Shown: piece by piece, positions 1 to 7,415 of the stretch
Layout: each line of letters begins with the position of its first letter
How positions within the stretch are numbered: position 1 is the first letter of the stretch
The notes under the pieces: model-generated
What the model was told of the DNA's origin: nothing
The model's database searches: none
What the model saw: the letters and a program-made list of their open reading frames with translations, nothing else
Program-made: the position numbers and the translations under genes
Origin: an uncultured Candidatus Bathyarchaeia archaeon
GTDB lineage: Archaea; Thermoproteota; Bathyarchaeia; Bathyarchaeales; Bathycorpusculaceae
Assembly: GCA_964450845.1 (NCBI GenBank)
Contig: CAYVGZ010000031.1
Location: forward strand, 1-16,402
Direction: 5' to 3'
Length of the DNA stretch: 16,402 nt

Positions 1-976
1 TCCACATGGACCTTGGATTTTTGGCGTGGAAGCGTTCTTTCATTATTTTTGCCCACAGTCTGCGGGCTGCTCTGAATTTGGCTATTTCTTCGAAGAAATC
101 GTTGTGTGATGCGAAAAAGAATGATAAGCGATGGGCAAAATCGTCCACTTTTAATCCTCTTTCTATGGTGGATTCAACGTAAGCTATTCCGTCATAAATG
201 GTGAAGGCTAATTCTTGAAGGGCAGTTGCGCCAGCCTCGCGGATGTGGTAGCCACTTATGCTCACGGGGTTCCACTTTGGCAAATGCTTAGCGCAATATT
301 CAATTATGTCTGTTGTGAGTTTTACTGAAGGCTTTGGCGGGAATATGCATAATTTCTGAGCGAAAAACTCTTTCAGATTGTCGTTTTGCGTTGTTCCCCC
401 AATTTTTTCTCTCGGAACATCTTGCTTGTCTCCTACGGCTACGTACATGGCAAGCAGCATGGGTGCTGGACCATTTATTGTCATAGAAGTTGTAACTTGA
501 TCTAGCGGTATTCCGTCAAACAGGATTTCCATGTCCTTCAATGACGAGATGGCTACTCCGCATATGCCTACTTCCCCCTTTGCCATGGGGTGGTCTGAAT
601 CGTAACCCATTATAGTTGGATAATCAAAAGCCGTGCTTAAACCAGATTCTCCTTCCTTTAGCAGGTATTTGAAACGCTTGTTCGTGTCCGCTGCTGTGCC
701 GAATCCAGCGAACATTCGCATCGTCCATAAGCGACCGCGGTACATGGTTGCGTGTACGCCGCGAAGGAAGGGGTATTCGCCTGGAAAACCCAAATCCCGC
801 ATATAATCTAAGGCTTTAATGTCTTCTGGAGTGTAAACGCCTTTTATTAGCATGCCTGAATGGTTTCGGAATTCACTTTTCCTTTCATGCGATTGCTTCA
901 ACCACTTCGGGAGGGTCGTTTGTTCCCAGCGTTCCCGCTCTCGCCTTATTTCGTTAATCTTCTCTTCATCAAACAT
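1..976 (-). CDS. Adenosylcobalamin-dependent acyl-CoA mutase, large (substrate-binding) subunit; methylmalonyl-CoA mutase family, isobutyryl-CoA-mutase-like residues; truncated at left window edge
   Basis: Not in ORF track; translated by hand from ATG at 976: [19 protein letters not shown]...[29 protein letters not shown]...[17 protein letters not shown]...[16 protein letters not shown]...[13 protein letters not shown]...[32 protein letters not shown], open to position 1. GGAGG SD at 993-989. Confidence 0.95.
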   Translation of the reverse strand, partial: MFDEEKINEIRRERERWEQTTLPKWLKQSHERKSEFRNHSGMLIKGVYTPEDIKALDYMRDLGFPGEYPFLRGVHATMYRGRLWTMRMFAGFGTAADTNKRFKYLLKEGESGLSTAFDYPTIMGYDSDHPMAKGEVGICGVAISSLKDMEILFDGIPLDQVTTSMTINGPAPMLLAMYVAVGDKQDVPREKIGGTTQNDNLKEFFAQKLCIFPPKPSVKLTTDIIEYCAKHLPKWNPVSISGYHIREAGATALQELAFTIYDGIAYVESTIERGLKVDDFAHRLSFFFASHNDFFEEIAKFRAARRLWAKIMKERFHAKNPRSMW

Positions 977-1102
977 TGTCCTATTTTGCCTCCACTATTT
1001 GGAGTGTTTCTGTTAAATTCACATATGCGTATTAAATCTAAAGGATATTTTCTTATCGGTTCACAATCACAAATTTAACGTGTAGGTTTTGCTGTTTAAT
1101 TC

Positions 1103-2218
1103 TTATTTGTGTTTTAGTAGGGCAGCGGAGGCTGAAAATCCTAATCCATAACCAACCATCAAAACGATGTCGCCCTTTGAGAGTTTGCCCTCTGAAACTA
1201 TTTTTTCAAGTATGAACGGCAAACTTGCCCCCGCCAAGTTACCATATTCCCTAAGCACTTCGTGCGATTCCCTAATTTTTTCATATGGGATTCTGTGGTG
1301 TTTGGCTATTCGGTTTAGGATTTTTTCGCTGCCCGTGTGAACAACCCACTTCTTTGCCACTTTTATCGTGTTTTCAGCGTTTTTTCCAAGCAGTCTTTCG
1401 AGAGCTAAAGCCGCATATTTTGTTCCCAATTCTGGAATTTCTCTGCCAAGATGCGAATGAAAGCCAAATTTGAAAGGCTCGTTTAAGGCTGAGAGCCTAG
1501 TATAACCAGCCAAAAAATCTTTCTTTCCAAGGTTTGTAGCTTCCACAGTCTTTTCAACCGATAAGCCTATTCCCTCTTTTGCCACGATTGCAGCGGCTAC
1601 TCCGTCTCCGAAAAGGAAAAACTCCATGGTCGCAATCCATTTTCTCAACTCTATCTGCCTTTTTGTCTCTTTTTTTATCTGGTTAATTTGACTGATTTCC
1701 ATAACATCCTTTATTCCCCGCACTTGATTTTGGAACCAGTATGAGCTTACTCCTGAAATGCAAAGCAAAACGTAATCTTCCGGATGCGCCGCAAGGTAGT
1801 TTTCTGCAAGTTCTAAGGCTTTAGGAAATGCGGTGCTGGCGATTCCCTGAGCGTTAACGTGTTTAACGTAAGGGTCAAAACCAAGTTTTCGAACCAAAAG
1901 TTGACTGAGTCCAGGGCACAAAAACGGGTTCACATCATAAGCAGCAATAAAATAGCCTACGTCCCTAACGGATAAGCCTGCCTTTTCAACGGCTTTTTCA
2001 CATGCCTCTACGCAGAGTTCAACAAGGCCAGCTTCGCTTAAGATTGTTTCCAACTTTGAAGATGAAGCCTCATTGTTGATGAGGTAACGTTTTGCAACTC
2101 CCAAGTTGAGTATGTTCTGTTTGACGCCTTCTGGAAGTTTACATGGAAAAACATCAATCAGCTTTTCTGTTGAATACCCATTTTTGGGAAGAGAAGTTGA
2201 TAGCTGTAGTATCTGCAT
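1103..2218 (-). CDS. Type III polyketide synthase / KAS III (thiolase-superfamily) protein with Ser at the catalytic Cys position
   Basis: 371 aa. Motifs FLFGDGVAA, VVHTGS (His294), YGNLAGAS (Asn327; 33-residue His-Asn spacing as in chalcone synthase), GYGLGFS. Nucleophile loop reads QGIAS(128)TA instead of the usual xGxGC. Confidence 0.85.
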   Translation of the reverse strand: MQILQLSTSLPKNGYSTEKLIDVFPCKLPEGVKQNILNLGVAKRYLINNEASSSKLETILSEAGLVELCVEACEKAVEKAGLSVRDVGYFIAAYDVNPFLCPGLSQLLVRKLGFDPYVKHVNAQGIASTAFPKALELAENYLAAHPEDYVLLCISGVSSYWFQNQVRGIKDVMEISQINQIKKETKRQIELRKWIATMEFFLFGDGVAAAIVAKEGIGLSVEKTVEATNLGKKDFLAGYTRLSALNEPFKFGFHSHLGREIPELGTKYAALALERLLGKNAENTIKVAKKWVVHTGSEKILNRIAKHHRIPYEKIRESHEVLREYGNLAGASLPFILEKIVSEGKLSKGDIVLMVGYGLGFSASAALLKHK

Positions 2219-2379
2219 GCAAATAAAATGATAAGCGACATTATAAAAAGATTCTCAGATTCTTTCTAACCAGCCTCTCAAAACCACGTTTCCATTCTTA
2301 ATTTTAGGGCTAATTGCCGCAAAAATCTTATTAATTGTTGAAATCCACTAACTACATCTTTCAAAATTGAGGTGGAAAG
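2219..2379. promoter_or_regulatory. Divergent promoter region between the PKS-like gene and the thiolase operon
   Basis: Minus-strand TTTTATAA at 2248-2241, about 22 nt before ATG 2218 (leaderless geometry). Plus-strand purine-rich stretch then CTTATTAA near 2327-2334. SD GAGGTGG at 2369-2375 before TTG 2380. Confidence 0.55.
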
Positions 2380-3672
2380 TTGAAGAAAGTAGGAATAGTC
2401 GCTGGTAGCATTTCAAGGTTCGACAATCCGAGACATACGTTGCAAGAAGAGATGTGTGCAGAAGCCGTCAAAATGATATTGGACGATGTTCCAGACTTGG
2501 AACTTGGAGATTTCGTGAAGAAAGGATACGCATGCTGCTACTCATACTTCAGCGACATCTTGGAACAGCAACAGTGCATGCACTGGATAATTCACGACTA
2601 TCTAGGCTTAAGCGCTGTACCAGCCTACAGAGTTGAATCTGGCGGCGCAACCCCAATCGACGCAATAGTAAACGCAGCCCTATGGATACGCTCAGGCATG
2701 TTCCCAGTGGTTCTTGTTGTTGGATGGGAAAAAATGGACGAGCTGCCAATTCAGAAGGTTAACGAAGCTATAGCAATTGCTGGCGACACAGACTGGGACT
2801 TCGTTTCAGGTTTTACTTACAACGCTTTCTATGCAACACTTGAAGCTCGTCGAATGCACGTTTACGGCGATACTGAAGAAGACTTGGCTGAAGTTTCAGT
2901 TCTATGTCACAACAATGCACTTGAAAATCCCTACGCGCAGTGGCCAGCTCAACATGGTTTCAGCAAAATAACAGTAGAAGACATCTATAAATCTCGTTTA
3001 ATCTCGTGGCCGTATAGGCTTCTTGAATGTGCAATGACAAGCGAAGGCGCATCGGCTTTGCTCTTGGCAAATGAAGAAATCACGAAGAAACTCACTGACA
3101 ACCCAGTTTGGATAAGCGGAGTAGGTTTCGGCACAGATACGATGAGGCCTGGAGACCGCCCCGATAACCCAGCATGGAAAGGCTTGTACCCCGAAGACGA
3201 AAAAATCTGGCCTAAAAACATTCCAAAGCCAATGTCACCTTACCCTGACCTTGTCAACTTTGGTTCGCTAAGAGTAGCCGCGAGGATGGCTTACAAAGAC
3301 GCTGGAGTGAAGAATCCGCGAAAAGAAATCAGCCTTGTCGAAATTTTCGACCCGTATGCAGGCGTTGTTTTGGCAGGACTTGAAGACTTTGATTTCTGCA
3401 AGAGAGGCGAAGGAAAGAAACTGCTTCGAGAAGGCGTAATTGCGCCTCATGGAGAACTTCCATGTCAACTCAGTGGAGCTTTAACCGCACAGGGACACGC
3501 AGTTGGTTCCACATCAGTCGCTCAAGTGGTTGACGTTTACTGGCAACTGAGCAATCAGATTGGCAAGAAATGGGGCGCACCACGCAGACAATTAAGCAAC
3601 CCGAAAAAAGGCTTCATACACGGACACGGCGGAACAGGATGCCAAGCAGGAGCCGTAGTTTTGGAGGTGTAG
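2380..3672 (+). CDS. Thiolase-family protein (archaeal/SCP2 type), non-canonical active site
   Basis: 430 aa, thiolase fold motifs VVGWEKM, LLECAMTSEGASA, SGALTAQGHAVGST. Nucleophile loop RVESGGATP has no Cys; EIFDPY replaces EVHDCF. Confidence 0.9.
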   Translation: MKKVGIVAGSISRFDNPRHTLQEEMCAEAVKMILDDVPDLELGDFVKKGYACCYSYFSDILEQQQCMHWIIHDYLGLSAVPAYRVESGGATPIDAIVNAALWIRSGMFPVVLVVGWEKMDELPIQKVNEAIAIAGDTDWDFVSGFTYNAFYATLEARRMHVYGDTEEDLAEVSVLCHNNALENPYAQWPAQHGFSKITVEDIYKSRLISWPYRLLECAMTSEGASALLLANEEITKKLTDNPVWISGVGFGTDTMRPGDRPDNPAWKGLYPEDEKIWPKNIPKPMSPYPDLVNFGSLRVAARMAYKDAGVKNPRKEISLVEIFDPYAGVVLAGLEDFDFCKRGEGKKLLREGVIAPHGELPCQLSGALTAQGHAVGSTSVAQVVDVYWQLSNQIGKKWGAPRRQLSNPKKGFIHGHGGTGCQAGAVVLEV

Positions 3673-3675
3673 AAA

Positions 3676-4362
3676 ATGAAGCAACCAGGATCAGAGAAGA
3701 TTCTGAAAGAAAAGAAGATTGACGAGGAATGGTGGAAAGACTGGGAGCGCAAGGGTGGCTGGAGGCCTGAAGGATGGAAAATAGTTGAAATGAATGATGG
3801 ACCAACCTTAAATGAGTTGAAACCTGAGAAATTCTTGATTGTGCACAGGCCTCACGGCAGCATGTTTCATCATAGCTACGGCAAAACCTCTAAGTTCTTC
3901 TCAGGGCTCTTAGAAGGCAAATTGTATGGAACAAAATGTCCAAAATGTGGATTAGTCTATTGTCCGCCACGTGCACACTGCTTTAATCCCAAGTGTAGGC
4001 TTGCAGAAACAAAGTGGATCGAGCTTCCTAAGAAAGGAGAAGTCCACTCATATACGACTATGGCTATTGCATGGCCTTCGATGGCGCATCTGCAGCCATT
4101 AGTCGGTGCAATGGTTAGGATAGATGGAACAAACACTTGTTTACCCATGACGATGAGAGACATTGACCCTGAGAAAGTAAACATTGGCTTAAGAGTAAAC
4201 ATACACATTGATAAACAACCCAAAGGCGACCTCTTAGACGTTTACGCAACGCCTGCTGAAGAACCTAAACCGCCGAAACGGACGCCAGAAGAGCTGAAAC
4301 GCTTCAGGGAAGACATGGAGAAAACAAGAGCTTGGGTCAAAAAAACATTCGGCAAAAAATAG
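3676..4362 (+). CDS. DUF35 Zn-ribbon/OB-fold protein with N- and C-terminal extensions
   Basis: GKLYGTKCPKCGLVYCPPRAHCFNPKC Zn ribbon, then KGEVHSYT OB fold. GGAGGTG SD overlaps the end of the thiolase gene; 3-nt gap. Confidence 0.9.
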   Translation: MKQPGSEKILKEKKIDEEWWKDWERKGGWRPEGWKIVEMNDGPTLNELKPEKFLIVHRPHGSMFHHSYGKTSKFFSGLLEGKLYGTKCPKCGLVYCPPRAHCFNPKCRLAETKWIELPKKGEVHSYTTMAIAWPSMAHLQPLVGAMVRIDGTNTCLPMTMRDIDPEKVNIGLRVNIHIDKQPKGDLLDVYATPAEEPKPPKRTPEELKRFREDMEKTRAWVKKTFGKK

Positions 4363-4395
4363 TTTCAGAAAGCTTTGTCTTAGGCCAAACCCCAC

Positions 4396-4401
4396 TTTTT
4401 T
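4396..4401 (+). terminator. Possible oligo-T archaeal terminator after the first thiolase/DUF35 pair
   Basis: T6 run about 35 nt downstream of the stop at 4362. Confidence 0.3.
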
Positions 4402-4420
4402 AAAACTTATTACAAAATTC

Positions 4421-4510
4421 TTTCGTGAAAAATTTCAAAATACTTGAAGAAATTTAAATACTTGTTCAATTACTATTCCATTTTCCACATTAATCGTGGT
4501 AGCAAAGGAG
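4421..4510 (+). promoter_or_regulatory. Promoter and SD for the second thiolase/DUF35 pair
   Basis: TTTCGTGAAA near-palindrome at 4421-4430; GAAGAAA then TTTAAATA (BRE/TATA) at 4446-4460; AAGGAG SD at 4505-4510. Confidence 0.5.
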
Positions 4511-4521
4511 AAATCTCTAAT

Positions 4522-5694
4522 TTGAAGGGTAAACCCCTAGTCTCAATAGTCTCTGCTGGATTATCAAAATTCGGAAAACTGGAAGGCTTTTACGCCAGAG
4601 AAATTTTTGCAGAAGCAGCCAAAGAAACCTTTGACCGCTGTCCAAACCTAGATCCAAAAAAGGACATAACTGCCTTGTTTGTTGGGCACATGGGAGAATC
4701 CTACGAGCATCAAGGACATACAGGTGCAACAGTGGCTGACTGGGCTGGTTTGTTGCATGTTTCCGCCACAAGAACGGAAGCCGCATGTGCTTCTTCTGGA
4801 GCTGCCCTGATGGCTGGAATTTACGCTGTTCTTTCTGGCTTATGCGATGTTGTTATGGTCGGCGGAGTTGAGAAAATGACTCATAGGACAACGCCTGAAG
4901 TTACTGAATATTTGGCTATGGCTTCGGATTATCCTTTTGAACAGTGGCATGGCATAACTTTTCCAGGCTTGTTTGCGTTAATGGCAACTGCGCACATGCA
5001 TGAATACGGCACGACAGAAAACCATCTTGCCATGATCGCCGTCAAAAACCATTATAATGGAAGCCTCAACCCTAAGGCTCACATGCAGAAGGAAATAACC
5101 ATTGAAAATGCCCTGTCTTCACGTGTTATTGCTTGGCCACTTAAGCTTTATGATTGCTCATTAATTACAGACGGCGGAAGTTGCCTAATTTTAACAAAGC
5201 CAGAACTAGCCAAAAAATACACAGACACACCAGTGCACATTATTGGAAGTGGACAGGCAAGCGACACCATAGGCATCTATGAAAGGGAAGGCTTCACGTC
5301 ACTTACAGCTGCCAAACTAGCCGCCAAAAAAGCCTACGAAATGGCTGATGTAAAGCCTGAAGAAATAGATGTTGCAGAAGTCCACGACTGCTTCACCATA
5401 GCTGAAATAATAGCTTACGAGGATTTGGGCTTCGCCAAGCCGGGCGAAGGCAGACGCTTAGTTGAAAGTGGAGATACAAAGCTTGGAGGAAGAATCCCGG
5501 TAAATACGAGCGGCGGATTAAAAGCTAAGGGTCATCCAGTAGGTGCAACAGGAACAGCTCAAGCCTACGAGATTTATCTGCAGCTAACTGAACAAGCAAA
5601 CAGGCGGCAAGTGAAAGACGCTGAAATAGCGTTAACACATAATGTTGGCGGTTCAGGTGCCACAGCCGCTGTTCATATTTATAGGAGGGACTAA
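4522..5694 (+). CDS. Acetyl-CoA acetyltransferase (archaeal/SCP2-type thiolase), canonical active site
   Basis: RTEAAC(89)ASSG, GGVEKM, AEVHDCFT, GGLKAKGHPVGATG, HNVGGSG. Start moved from track TTG 4444 to TTG 4522 because of the SD at 4505-4510 and the TATA box inside the longer ORF; 390 aa. Confidence 0.93.
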   Translation: MKGKPLVSIVSAGLSKFGKLEGFYAREIFAEAAKETFDRCPNLDPKKDITALFVGHMGESYEHQGHTGATVADWAGLLHVSATRTEAACASSGAALMAGIYAVLSGLCDVVMVGGVEKMTHRTTPEVTEYLAMASDYPFEQWHGITFPGLFALMATAHMHEYGTTENHLAMIAVKNHYNGSLNPKAHMQKEITIENALSSRVIAWPLKLYDCSLITDGGSCLILTKPELAKKYTDTPVHIIGSGQASDTIGIYEREGFTSLTAAKLAAKKAYEMADVKPEEIDVAEVHDCFTIAEIIAYEDLGFAKPGEGRRLVESGDTKLGGRIPVNTSGGLKAKGHPVGATGTAQAYEIYLQLTEQANRRQVKDAEIALTHNVGGSGATAAVHIYRRD

Positions 5695-5697
5695 CAC

Positions 5698-6102
5698 ATG
5701 AGCGAGCAAGCGCAACTTTTCACCATAGAACAGTTCTACAAACATATACTTCAAGGAAAACTTATGGGTGGAAAATGCAAGAAATGCGGAAAAATTCACC
5801 TCCCGCCAAGACCATTATGTGACAACTGTTTTTCCAACGAGTTTGAATGGATTGAACTTCCGCAAAAAGGAAAACTGTTAACGTACACGGTTATTCATGT
5901 GGCACCAACACAATTTCAGGGAATGGTGCCATATGCCGTAGGCATAGTGCAACTTGAAAACGGCTTAAAAATTCCAGGCATGATTAGAGGTGTAGCCCCT
6001 GAACAGATAAAGATAGGCATGCAGTTAACGATAGACTTTGGAACCTGCACGGCGACTCAGCCATGGCCTCAATGGCCAAGATACTACTTCAAACCAGCCT
6101 AA
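5698..6102 (+). CDS. DUF35 Zn-ribbon/OB-fold protein (thiolase partner)
   Basis: 134 aa; CKKC-x10-CDNC, KGKLLTYTVIHVAP, PYAVGIVQLENG; GGAGG upstream, 3-nt gap after the thiolase stop. Confidence 0.92.
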   Translation: MSEQAQLFTIEQFYKHILQGKLMGGKCKKCGKIHLPPRPLCDNCFSNEFEWIELPQKGKLLTYTVIHVAPTQFQGMVPYAVGIVQLENGLKIPGMIRGVAPEQIKIGMQLTIDFGTCTATQPWPQWPRYYFKPA

Positions 6103-6134
6103 AAAGAAACCAAAGCTATTTTCCAAGTTTTCTT

Positions 6135-6824
6135 TTATTCTTCTAGTGCTTTGTTGATGTACTCTATTAGGGTTGGCAGGTCTGTTATTGATGTGATAAA
6201 GTAGTTTGCTCCAGAACTGATCAGTTCTTTTGGATGAGAAACTCCAGTCGGCAAGCCCACAGCAATTGCGTTTAATTCTCTAGCGCATTTCATGTCGCTG
6301 ACACCGTCTCCAACGACCATGGTTTCTTCTGGATCAACCCCTAAAGCCTTTAGTGTGGCTTCAAGGTGTTCGGTGTTGGGCTTAACATATCTCACATTGT
6401 TTCTAGGCGTTACAGCATCAAAAAATTCTGCTATCCCAAACCGCTTTAAAATGTAGTTTGTTGATTTTTCACTGTTAATTGTGCACAAGCCTATCTTCAA
6501 AGTCATTTTCTTCAAAGTCTTCAATGTTTCCAAAATTCCTGGAAGCAAGCCTGTGGTTTTCGCAGCTTCCAGCTCGTATTTTTCAGCTATCGCCAAAGCT
6601 TTATCGCGAGTTTCCATCAACGTCTCCTCCGACTTGCCGTTGTTTTTCATGAAAATTTCAGTTTTCTTCAACATTTCGAATATACTTTCGTTTATGGATA
6701 GGATGGAGGCTGGCAACCCTCTTTTTATAAGATAGCTCCTAACATCAGCCCTAACAGCCTTATAGTCAATGTTGAACTTTGCAATAGTTCCATCCAAATC
6801 AAAGACAACAGCCCTAACAACCAT
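6135..6824 (-). CDS. HAD-superfamily hydrolase (phosphoglycolate phosphatase-like)
   Basis: Motif I FDLDGT, motif II CTIN, motif III KP, motif IV VGDGVSD. Confidence 0.9.
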   Translation of the reverse strand: MVVRAVVFDLDGTIAKFNIDYKAVRADVRSYLIKRGLPASILSINESIFEMLKKTEIFMKNNGKSEETLMETRDKALAIAEKYELEAAKTTGLLPGILETLKTLKKMTLKIGLCTINSEKSTNYILKRFGIAEFFDAVTPRNNVRYVKPNTEHLEATLKALGVDPEETMVVGDGVSDMKCARELNAIAVGLPTGVSHPKELISSGANYFITSITDLPTLIEYINKALEE

Positions 6825-7115
6825 CAGCTCTCACTTTTGCCACTATGGATTTGAAGCGTTTAATCACGTTCTGAGAGAGATATACTTTGTGGTAAAAGCT
6901 TTTGTTTGTCAGACAAAATTTTTCACGAAGAGACAAAGGCGATAAGCTTTAGAGCCCGCAATGAAAGTAGAAGAAATATCTTTAAAAATGGCATGCAATG
7001 TCGATTACGAATGGAAGCAAATAGTGCAAAATCTGTGCCTAACGATTTTTGCGCAGAATGTTGCAAGGGTAAATTGAATATTCAACCTTCAACATAATGC
7101 TATGTTTGATGCGTT

Positions 7116-7352
7116 ATGAGCTTGGAAGAGTATACGAAAGAAAAGCTCTGGCCCATACTAATCGAAACTGTCCACGCACTTGTAATGTATTCAAATCACA
7201 AAGCCTACGTGAGAGAAACAATTCTTCAAGAAAAACCAGACATAACACCAGCAGAATTAAGTGTAAGGCTTAAGACAACTTTAGGCGAAGCCCTAGTAAT
7301 TTTACACGAGTTGGCAGAAGAAAAAAATCTGAAATCGTCTAGTATGGCTTAA
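7116..7352 (+). CDS. Small hypothetical protein, possible C-terminal helix-turn-helix
   Basis: 78 aa, helical and protein-like composition, fills an intergenic gap without overlap, T-run after the stop; ITPAELSVRLKTTLGEALVILHEL resembles an HTH. Confidence 0.6.
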   Translation: MSLEEYTKEKLWPILIETVHALVMYSNHKAYVRETILQEKPDITPAELSVRLKTTLGEALVILHELAEEKNLKSSSMA

Positions 7353-7415
7353 GCTTTTTTTCAGTACATCTGAGCAACTTTGTTTAGCGTAGGTCCTATC
7401 TGAAATTTGGTTTTT

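Noticed and set aside
860-1078. 72-aa plus-strand ORF
   Set aside because: Antisense to the 5' end of the mutase gene, which the track missed.
977-1102. Cobalamin riboswitch upstream of the B12-dependent mutase
   Set aside because: The gap is only 126 nt, AT-rich, and shows none of the conserved B12-box sequence or long stems.
1103-2218. Calling the KS-like gene HMG-CoA synthase
   Set aside because: Lacks the catalytic Cys and HMGS-type motifs; the FGDG, HxG and GN motifs fit type III PKS/KAS III better.
4444-4521. N-terminal extension of thiolase 2 given by the ORF track
   Set aside because: It spans the TATA box and SD; TTG 4522 gives a standard thiolase N-terminus.
6906-7097. 63-aa ORF in the HAD/hypothetical gap
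   Set aside because: TTG start without SD, no motif, and it covers probable promoter DNA.
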